A stretch of DNA of 64,000 bases, from positions 4,960,001-5,024,000 of the forward strand of contig CBDFJQ010000002.1 of assembly GCA_965248575.1 (NCBI GenBank), in the 5' to 3' direction. The translations under genes were made by a program, and so were the position numbers. Below the pieces are notes generated by a model. That model did not search any database. It had not been told where the DNA came from and saw only the letters and a list, made by a program, of their open reading frames with translations. Positions 9,091 to 16,503 of this stretch are shown here, piece after piece (positions within the stretch are counted from its first letter, which is position 1; the number at the start of each line of letters is the position of its first letter). This stretch comes from Planctomycetota bacterium (GTDB lineage: Bacteria > Planctomycetota > B15-G4).

Positions 9091-11415
9091 TCAGTCGACG
9101 GTCAGTTCCAAGTCATCGAAGCCAAGACGATCGCCTGGGGAACCGTGGCTCGGCCCGAAGTCGAAGCGGACGGACGTGATGGCCGTGAGGTCCAGGCCGG
9201 TACCGTCCTGCAGGAAATCCGTGAGCCGGATGCGAATGGTCTCGTACTCATTGGCCCAGCCCACGCCCGACCCGCAGGTGATGCGTTGATAGGGTTCTTC
9301 AATGCCGCCGCCCCAGGCGCCGATGTTCAGCGTTGCAGAGCTGCCGCTGCCATCCGTGAGGGTGACGTCGAAGGTGGTGTCACCGAGCACGGCTGTCGTC
9401 AGCGGGTTGCGCGTTGCCTGGCAGGCCCGGAATGAGAGGAAGGCGAAGTCCGTGATGTCTTCGGCGGCTGGAGCCAGGCCGAATTCGAGGGCAGCGTCGC
9501 TGCTGTACTCGAAGACAGACTGTCGAACGGGACCGTTGGTGCGGGCGTAGGTGAAGCCGTTCCAGACGTCGGTGATATTTTGCGTGAAGCTGCTGTTCCC
9601 ATCATCCGGGCGGCCCTCGGTCAGCCCGATGATGTTCGTGGCCAGCACCGTCCCCCCGGAGGCGCTCACGCTGAGGTCGTCGTCGTTGGTCTGGTAGTCG
9701 TCGATGACGTGGCTGCCCGCGTCCGAGCCTTCCCGGTACTGCAGGTCGACGGTGACGCAGGGGTTGTCGTCGGGAGCGCCGAGCGGGCGGAAACCCTCCC
9801 ACTGACGCCAGAGGTAGTCCTTGGCCGGGATGTTGCCTTCGATCTGGTGCTTCACCAACGGCAAGAGGTAGCCGCGCATGATGGCGTGCGTGTCCTGCCG
9901 GCCGACGAGGCACGGGCCCTGGGCCACGCTCGACCCGCCCCCGGCATGGAAGTCGCCATGCCCCACGCCATACAGCGAGATGGACATGCGGGTCTGCATC
10001 GCCCGATCGTGCAACTGGAAGGTCTGGGTGATGTTGCTGATCGCGCAGCCATTGACGTCGTTGTCCGCAGCGCCGGTCCACAGGTGGTAGGGCACGGCGT
10101 GTGGGTTGGCCGCGCCGATGTTCAGGAAGCCGGTGGGGGCGATGCTCGACAACAGCGCAATGTCGGAGAGCTGGTAGTTCGCCGGGGTGAAGTCGCCGTC
10201 GAACAGACGGTCGTAGGCGCGCACGATGCCCTCGCCACCGCGGCTGTGGCCGATCCAGGTGATGCGTGAGCTGTCGATGTGGCCGTCCAGCACACCACCC
10301 TCGATGGTGTCCAGGTTCCCCAGGAAGTAGTCGGTGTTCGTGAGCGTCGTGGTCGAAGCCGTTTCGATGCCTGGCATCGTGTTGTTCTGGTGGCTCATGA
10401 CGACGAAGCCGTAGGACGCCAGGTGCTTGCCGATGTGGTCGTACCACTGGTAGTTGTGCCCGTTGCCATGGCTTACCACGATCAAGGGCAGCTGGCCCAT
10501 GCTGGCGATGCTGGTCGGGTAGTAGGTGTCTTGTCCCAGGAAGCTCCCACCGCTGTACATGGTCTCGGTCACGGCCAGGGGCCCGGGCAGCGTGAGGTCG
10601 TGCACTGCGTAGAGGCCGGCCTCGTCCGAGTAGCCGTCCATGAGGTCGTCCCCATCGAATCGGCCGTTCTGGTTCAGGTCGATCACGACGTCGTACCCCA
10701 CGCCGATCCCGGTGCCCGCGTCGGCATCCAGTGTTCCGGTATCGAGGGTGAAGGTGTTGTCCGTGAGCAGGCCGTCCACGAAGCTCATGCGGCGAGGTCC
10801 TGCACCCACATCGACCAGCCCGGGGTTCGCAATCCACTCGTCGCGCGTGCGCGCCTCGACGATGTAGACATCTCCCTGGCGATTGATGATCTCCGGAAAG
10901 CGGCTGCTCTCGACGGCGAGTTCCAGCAATTGCCCTTCGTGCGCGGCGCGCACGTACTCGAAGGAGGGGGCCGCCGGGAGGGCGTGGCCCGCGAGCTGCA
11001 CGTTGCGATCTCGCAAGCTGATGCTGACGCCGTTGCTCGCCTCGAACTGAGCGGGCGTCGCGGGGTCGAAGATGACCGCGGCAGCGTAGAACGTCAGCCC
11101 GTGGAAGGCAGGCGAACTCGGAAGGATGATGCGTTGCTCAAGCGTTCCCGTCCCATTCAGGGAGCCGAGGCCGTGGGCGCTCCAGGAGCTGCCGAAGCCG
11201 ATGGGGATCGAGACGCCGTTGATGAGGGTGGGCCCTGGGTCCAGGTCCACGAGCAGGCGCACCTCCCCTTCTGGCGCGCCGTTGACCGTGATCTTCAGGG
11301 GCGACGCCATGAGCTTGTCGACGGAGATACGCCCGTCGTCGAGCAGGAGATCGGATGCTTGGGCGCTCCCAAAGAGCAGCAGCGCGGCGAGGGTGCGGAC
11401 GATCAACGGAGCCAA
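9091..11415 (-). CDS. Secreted alpha/beta hydrolase (chlorophyllase/cutinase-like core) with accessory beta domains
   Basis: Signal peptide (TTG start); PLIVVSHGNG, HLASYGFVVMS, nucleophile elbow GHSRGG. Confidence 0.85.
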   Translation of the reverse strand: MAPLIVRTLAALLLFGSAQASDLLLDDGRISVDKLMASPLKITVNGAPEGEVRLLVDLDPGPTLINGVSIPIGFGSSWSAHGLGSLNGTGTLEQRIILPSSPAFHGLTFYAAAVIFDPATPAQFEASNGVSISLRDRNVQLAGHALPAAPSFEYVRAAHEGQLLELAVESSRFPEIINRQGDVYIVEARTRDEWIANPGLVDVGAGPRRMSFVDGLLTDNTFTLDTGTLDADAGTGIGVGYDVVIDLNQNGRFDGDDLMDGYSDEAGLYAVHDLTLPGPLAVTETMYSGGSFLGQDTYYPTSIASMGQLPLIVVSHGNGHNYQWYDHIGKHLASYGFVVMSHQNNTMPGIETASTTTLTNTDYFLGNLDTIEGGVLDGHIDSSRITWIGHSRGGEGIVRAYDRLFDGDFTPANYQLSDIALLSSIAPTGFLNIGAANPHAVPYHLWTGAADNDVNGCAISNITQTFQLHDRAMQTRMSISLYGVGHGDFHAGGGSSVAQGPCLVGRQDTHAIMRGYLLPLVKHQIEGNIPAKDYLWRQWEGFRPLGAPDDNPCVTVDLQYREGSDAGSHVIDDYQTNDDDLSVSASGGTVLATNIIGLTEGRPDDGNSSFTQNITDVWNGFTYARTNGPVRQSVFEYSSDAALEFGLAPAAEDITDFAFLSFRACQATRNPLTTAVLGDTTFDVTLTDGSGSSATLNIGAWGGGIEEPYQRITCGSGVGWANEYETIRIRLTDFLQDGTGLDLTAITSVRFDFGPSHGSPGDRLGFDDLELTVD

Positions 11416-11524
11416 GGTCTTGCCTTCTGGGAAGAGTCGCTGTTGTAGAGTCGAGGGCTCCAGAGTTTACACGCGCCACGGAAGCGTGGCGGTTGCGCTG
11501 GACGCCCGTGACGGAGGCCGAGCC

Positions 11525-12094
11525 ATGGACCTGGGGTCCGAGATCCAGATTCACGAGGAAGGTGCTGAGGACCTCGAGGCCATCCACGCGTTGCTGACAG
11601 CAGCTTTCGAGGGATGTGAGGAGGCGGATCTCGTGCGGGCCCTGCGCTCATCGGGCCGCTTGAGTCTCTCCTTGCTTGCTGAGCTTCCGAAGCAGGTTGG
11701 AGAGCAGGCAAGGCTTCTGGGGCAGGTCGCGTTCAGCCCTGCACGGCTTGCGGGAGGAAAGCGCGGAGAAGGTCTGGGCTTGGCACCCTTGGGGGTGAGC
11801 CCCGCGACTCAGGGGCAGGGTGTCGGTACGGCGCTGATGGAGGCGGCCTTGAGCTGGGTTCGCAGCACGCCCTGCGGGTGGGTCGTGGTGTTGGGAGCGC
11901 CAGCCTACTACCAACGTTTCGGGTTCGAGGCCGCGTCGTCACGCGGCCTGCGTGACGAGTTCGGCGGCGGAGAACACTTCATGGTCTGGGAGTGTCGTGC
12001 CGGCGCCTTGCCTGCGAGTGGCGGGCTGGTGCACTACGCTCCGGAGTTTGATCTCTGGAAGCTGCCCCCAGAGGGAGAGGCCCAGCCGGGCTGA
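11525..12094 (+). CDS. GNAT N-acetyltransferase (YhbS-like)
   Basis: EADLVRALR, LAPLGVSPATQGQGVG, VVVLGAPAYYQRFGF; GGAGG upstream of ATG 11525. Confidence 0.9.
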   Translation: MDLGSEIQIHEEGAEDLEAIHALLTAAFEGCEEADLVRALRSSGRLSLSLLAELPKQVGEQARLLGQVAFSPARLAGGKRGEGLGLAPLGVSPATQGQGVGTALMEAALSWVRSTPCGWVVVLGAPAYYQRFGFEAASSRGLRDEFGGGEHFMVWECRAGALPASGGLVHYAPEFDLWKLPPEGEAQPG

Positions 12095-12104
12095 TGACCC
12101 GCTC

Positions 12105-13613
12105 TCAGAGTTGGGCGTCCACGTGGGCGCTCAGTTGATCCCAGGCTGCTTGAGCTGCCGGGTCGCTTCCCAGGGTTCCCGAGAGATCGTTGGTCTCCAT
12201 GGGGTCGCTCAGGAGGTCGTAGAGATTCTCGGAGACGAGGTTGCCGTTGATGTAGTTGCGCCAGTACTTGTACTGGGTGTTGCGGGCCACCTGGTTACGA
12301 GTCACAAAGGGCCCGAAGCCATTGGGCCGGAAGCGCTCGCCGTAGATCAGGTTGGGCGTGGGGAAGCTAGGCATCGCGATGTGCGTTGCGAAACTGGTGG
12401 AGTCCAGGCCCGTGCTCCCATCGGCCCCGGCGATCTCCGCGATGGTGGCGAAGAGATCCGCGACGTGCAGCAGGGCCGGCGATTCCTGCCCGGAGGCGAC
12501 GCCTCGTCCGCGGATGATCATGGGCACATTGATGCCGCCCTCGTACATCGTGCTCTTGCCCTTGGCCGGATCCCACGGAGGAGAGATGGACGGCCCGTTG
12601 GTGCCGTTGTCGCCGATGAAGATGATGACCGTGTTGGCGAAGACGACGGGGTCCATGCTGGCGAGCAGGCGGCCGATCTCGGTGTCCATCGCTTGCGTGG
12701 CCGCCTTCATGAACAGCACGGGGTCTGCGTTGGGGTCCGGCGGGACGTAGGTGCCGCCGGGAAGGGGGGGGCCGACGATGGGAGGGGCTGCGACACCGCC
12801 CGGCGGCAGGGCGGTACCAGGCCCTCCCACAGCGGTTCCGGCAGGCTGCGATTGCCTGCGGCTCGGTTCGGGCGGCGGCTCGCCGGAACCGAGGTTGAAT
12901 GAGTGCAACGAGGTGGGCGGGGCGTGATAGGGCTTGTGGGGTGCGTTGAAGGCGAGCCAAATGAACCAAGGCTGGGAGCCGAAGGTCTCCATCATCGTCA
13001 GCGCGTCGTCCACCTGATCGGTGGTGGCGTACTTCGCTTGTTGCTGAACGAGGGTGCCGTCGATGTTCTTGGGGAAGTCGTAGTAGGTATCGCCGTCATG
13101 CTCGAGCAAGTTGGTGATCGGGCCCCAGTGGTGCTCGAAGCCCAACTGCAACGGATGGGTGAGCCAGTCTGTTGCGCTCAACTGGGCGGAGAGGTGCCAC
13201 TTTCCGACGGCGGCCGTGCGGTAGCCCTGTGCGGCCAGGATGTCAGCCAGGCTCACCTCGGTCACGGGCAGGTCGTAGCTGGCGATGGAGGTGAGGATGA
13301 AGGTGCCCAGGCCCGTACGGCGTCCGTGCTTGCCGGTCAGGATCGAGGCTCGTGTCGACGAGCAGACGTCGTAGGCCCAGGTGTTTCGAAAGAGGATTCC
13401 GTTCGCAGCCAGGGCGTCGAGGTTGGGGGTGTTTCCCGGGGAGGGGTGCTCTGCGTAGACCCCGATCCGGTCGACTCCGAGGTCATCCCCGAGGATGACG
13501 AGGATGTTGGGAGGGGTTCCCGCAAGTTGACCGCCCTCTGCGGGATCGGGCTCACCGACTGGGATACCCAACGCGAGCAGCGTCGCGAAACTGCTGCAAA
13601 GCAGTAGACCCAT
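12105..13613 (-). CDS. Secreted sulfatase (arylsulfatase superfamily)
   Basis: PNILVILGDDLG, TPNLDALA, CSSTRASILTG, GKWHL, NAPHKPYH, GDNG, KSTMYEGG. Start at MGLLLCSS is inferred. Confidence 0.9.
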   Translation of the reverse strand: MGLLLCSSFATLLALGIPVGEPDPAEGGQLAGTPPNILVILGDDLGVDRIGVYAEHPSPGNTPNLDALAANGILFRNTWAYDVCSSTRASILTGKHGRRTGLGTFILTSIASYDLPVTEVSLADILAAQGYRTAAVGKWHLSAQLSATDWLTHPLQLGFEHHWGPITNLLEHDGDTYYDFPKNIDGTLVQQQAKYATTDQVDDALTMMETFGSQPWFIWLAFNAPHKPYHAPPTSLHSFNLGSGEPPPEPSRRQSQPAGTAVGGPGTALPPGGVAAPPIVGPPLPGGTYVPPDPNADPVLFMKAATQAMDTEIGRLLASMDPVVFANTVIIFIGDNGTNGPSISPPWDPAKGKSTMYEGGINVPMIIRGRGVASGQESPALLHVADLFATIAEIAGADGSTGLDSTSFATHIAMPSFPTPNLIYGERFRPNGFGPFVTRNQVARNTQYKYWRNYINGNLVSENLYDLLSDPMETNDLSGTLGSDPAAQAAWDQLSAHVDAQL

Positions 13614-13801
13614 CCTGTTGTACTCCGTGGTGTCATGCCCGCACCCGCGACCCGAGGTTGAGTCCATGCGAAGCGAAAGGCCTTCCAAGGATACAGGGCC
13701 TAGGCAATCGCGCTAGTCGGAGCTGGCGCAGCAAGCCGTCGCTTTGGCAGCTTGTCCGCCCAGGAGTTCGGGTGCCAGCGTCACGGAAGTCTTGAAGGGG
13801 G

Positions 13802-13939
13802 TAGCCCTTGGTTGGCCATTCGCCGCGAAAGCAGGACCTCACGCTCTCCAAAATGTCGGGCTTCGCCCGTGCGGAGGCATTGCTCAAGAAGCTGACTCAG
13901 CGCTCGATCAAGCTTGTGCAGGCGTCGTCCGTTTCCTGA
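13802..13939 (+). pseudogene. Degraded DUF1801 (YdhG-like) gene remnant
   Basis: Frame reads *PLVGHSPRKQDLTLSKMSGFARAEALLKKLTQRSIKLVQ. This resembles my recollection of the family pattern WPLVGFSPRKQxLTLYxMxGF...LLxKL, with TAG in place of Trp, the GK.CLY segment missing and no start codon. Confidence 0.65.
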
Positions 13940-13976
13940 ATCCCCTCGTCCACAGCTGAGACTCCGAGCGAGCCCC

Positions 13977-14681
13977 ATGAACAAGACGGAAGTGATGGCC
14001 CTCCTGAAGCAGAACACGAACCCTCGGGGCGTTGAGAACTGGAAACGCCTGGCGCGCATGGGCGGCAAGACGAAGAGTTTCGGCATCGGGTTGACCCAGC
14101 TGCGAAAGCTGGCGAAACAAGTGGGCCGCGACCATGCCCTGGCCAAGAAACTGTGGCAGACGGACTGCTACGACGCGAAAGTGTTGGGCTTGTTGGTCGA
14201 CGACCCCAAGCAGTTGACGCGTGAGCAGGCCGAGGCGCAGGTGGACGACCTCAGCATGGGCATGTTGTCACACGTGTTCGCGTCGTGTGATGCCACCCTG
14301 GGCAAGTCACCCTTCGCGGTGGAACTCGCCGATGAGTGGATGGACAGCAAAGACGACATGCGTCGGCGCTGTGGGTTCCTGCTGCTGTACGAGCTGTCCA
14401 AGGACAAGCGCAAGACCGCTCAGAATGACGCCTTCTTCCTCAAGCGCATTGCCCAGATCGGGAAGACGATCAAGAAGGAAGAGAACTGGGTGAAGGACGC
14501 CATGAGCGGGGCCATGCTCGGTGTTGGCAAGCGCAACAAGGTCTTGAACAAGGCCACGCTCAGGGTGGTGAAAGCCATCGGTCCGTTGCAGGTGGACTAT
14601 GGCGAAGGCAACTCCTGCGAGCCGCTGGACCTTGCCATGCATCTGACGAAGCCTGCGCTGAAGAAGCGCTTGGGGGTCTGA
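13977..14681 (+). CDS. DNA alkylation repair protein (AlkD-like, HEAT-repeat)
   Basis: FGIGLTQLRKLAKQVGRDHALAKKLW...YDAK, ENWVKDAMS.A..GVG.RN..LN. Confidence 0.85.
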   Translation: MNKTEVMALLKQNTNPRGVENWKRLARMGGKTKSFGIGLTQLRKLAKQVGRDHALAKKLWQTDCYDAKVLGLLVDDPKQLTREQAEAQVDDLSMGMLSHVFASCDATLGKSPFAVELADEWMDSKDDMRRRCGFLLLYELSKDKRKTAQNDAFFLKRIAQIGKTIKKEENWVKDAMSGAMLGVGKRNKVLNKATLRVVKAIGPLQVDYGEGNSCEPLDLAMHLTKPALKKRLGV

Positions 14682-15281
14682 ATGAAGCCGCCCCTGGGAT
14701 GGGACCGCCGGCGGGTCTTGTTGGGTGGTCTGGCGGGCCTGGCTTTGCCGGCCCTGGCCGCTGGAAGGCCTGTCCCCCGTATCGGCGCGGTGCAGGAGGA
14801 GAGCGGCCCAAGTGGGCCCTCGACTTGGGGCGTGCAGGTGGTGCTCGTGCGACACGCAGAGAAGCAAACGGGGGAGGACCCCGAGCTGACGGAGGCTGGC
14901 CACAGCATGGCTCGGGGGTTGGCGTCCCTGCTGTCAGCGGCGCCGGTGTCTTATCTCGAGCACAGCCCCTTCCGGCGGACTCAGCAGACCCTGGCGCCTC
15001 TCGCCGTGGCGCATGCCTTGGCTCCCCGCGTGACGGACCCGCGCGATGTCGAGGCCCTGCGCGACCGCCTGCACGCGCTCCCGGACGGCGCGGTCGCCGT
15101 CGTGGCGGGCCACTCCAACACCCTTCCGCAGGCGGTGCGCGCATTGGGCGGGTCCATCGATGGTCTGAACGAGAAGGGCCACATCGAAGACCCCGTGTTC
15201 AATCGCATGTTCGTGCTCTCGCTTCGACGCAGGGAGGACCACCCGGTTTCCACCAGTTGCCTGGAGCTGCGTCTGCCGTGA
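14682..15281 (+). CDS. Histidine phosphatase family protein with a probable Tat signal
   Basis: DRRRVLLGG twin-arginine leader; LVRHAEK, RTQQT, VAGHSNT. Confidence 0.88.
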   Translation: MKPPLGWDRRRVLLGGLAGLALPALAAGRPVPRIGAVQEESGPSGPSTWGVQVVLVRHAEKQTGEDPELTEAGHSMARGLASLLSAAPVSYLEHSPFRRTQQTLAPLAVAHALAPRVTDPRDVEALRDRLHALPDGAVAVVAGHSNTLPQAVRALGGSIDGLNEKGHIEDPVFNRMFVLSLRRREDHPVSTSCLELRLP

Positions 15282-15448
15282 GTCACGACGCGCGCTGACG
15301 GGCATCATCTTCCCGTCACCTTGCAACGCCCGGTTTCATCTTGGGGAAACCTTGCTGCACAAGCGGGCTCCTAGTCTTCGTTCAGGTGGCCACGTCGATG
15401 CGACGCGGCCGTACCAGCAACGAAGAAATGAAGATTTGGAGCCGCACC

Positions 15449-16369
15449 ATGAACACCACAACCACCGTGCTCGTCGTTGGCCTCTTGGCCGCCCTCAGTA
15501 CGCCGGCCGATGCTGGAGGCGATATCTGCGAGAAGACAGCCAAACTGCAGAAGTCTTCCGCGGCCTTTGAGTTGAAGGAGGAGCTGAAGGTCTCCCTGGC
15601 CGTCTGCGAGAACCTCACGGACCCCGTCGCTCGCGCCGAGTGCAGGCAGCAGGCGCGCGCGGACTACCAGGAGAACAAGCAACTGGCCAATGACCAGTTC
15701 CTTGCGCGCTTGGATCTCTGCGATTTGTTGGGTGGCGGGGCCTACGACCCGGACATCGACCCGGATGAGTTCAGCACGACCATCGACAACCCTTTCCTGC
15801 CCTTTCCTGTAGGAGCCATGTGGCTCTATGAGGGTGAATCGGAGGATGGGATGGAGTTCATCGAGATCGAGGTCCTGGACAGCACCCGGGAGATCCTCGG
15901 GGTGGAGTGCGTGTCCGTGCGCGACGTCGTCTACGACGAGGACGGTGAAGCCGTGGAGGACACCATCGACTGGTTCGCCCAGGACAGCGACGGCAACGTC
16001 TGGTACTTCGGTGAGATCTCCTTCAACTACGAGGACGGTTTCATTGCAGATGTCGAAGGCTCCTGGCTAGCGGGCGTCGATGGTGCCAAGCCGGGCATCG
16101 TGATGCTTGCCGACCCCACCGTGGGTGTCACCTACCGGCAGGAGTGGTTGTTGGGGGATGCCGAAGACGCCGCCACGGTGCTCTCGGTCGATGCGACGCT
16201 GAGCATCGGCCTGGGGATGTTCGACGACTGCGTGCAGACGGCCGACTTCCTGCCGCCGGAACCCGACGAGCTGGAGCACAAGTTCTACGCCGAAGGCATC
16301 GGCTTCCTGTTCGAGACCAAGCCCGGCGAGGACGAGACGGTGGAGTTGGTGGGCTACACAGGACTCTAG
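15449..16369 (+). CDS. Conserved secreted acidic hypothetical protein
   Basis: GGAG RBS; signal peptide; Cys-containing helical N-domain; IDNPFLP, EDTIDWFAQD..GNVWYFGE, GSWLAGVDGAKPGIVM, EHKFYAEGIG. Confidence 0.8.
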   Translation: MNTTTTVLVVGLLAALSTPADAGGDICEKTAKLQKSSAAFELKEELKVSLAVCENLTDPVARAECRQQARADYQENKQLANDQFLARLDLCDLLGGGAYDPDIDPDEFSTTIDNPFLPFPVGAMWLYEGESEDGMEFIEIEVLDSTREILGVECVSVRDVVYDEDGEAVEDTIDWFAQDSDGNVWYFGEISFNYEDGFIADVEGSWLAGVDGAKPGIVMLADPTVGVTYRQEWLLGDAEDAATVLSVDATLSIGLGMFDDCVQTADFLPPEPDELEHKFYAEGIGFLFETKPGEDETVELVGYTGL

Positions 16370-16503
16370 TCCTGGGGCAAGAAGCTCTCTTCCCTGTCCG
16401 TGCGGCCCGTCAGCTGTTCAGTCAGCTGTCGGGCCGTTTTTCTTGACCCCGGCGCGGCGCCGACCCACCGTGGTGCCCTTGCTCCCCACGGGTGTCGTTT
16501 CGC

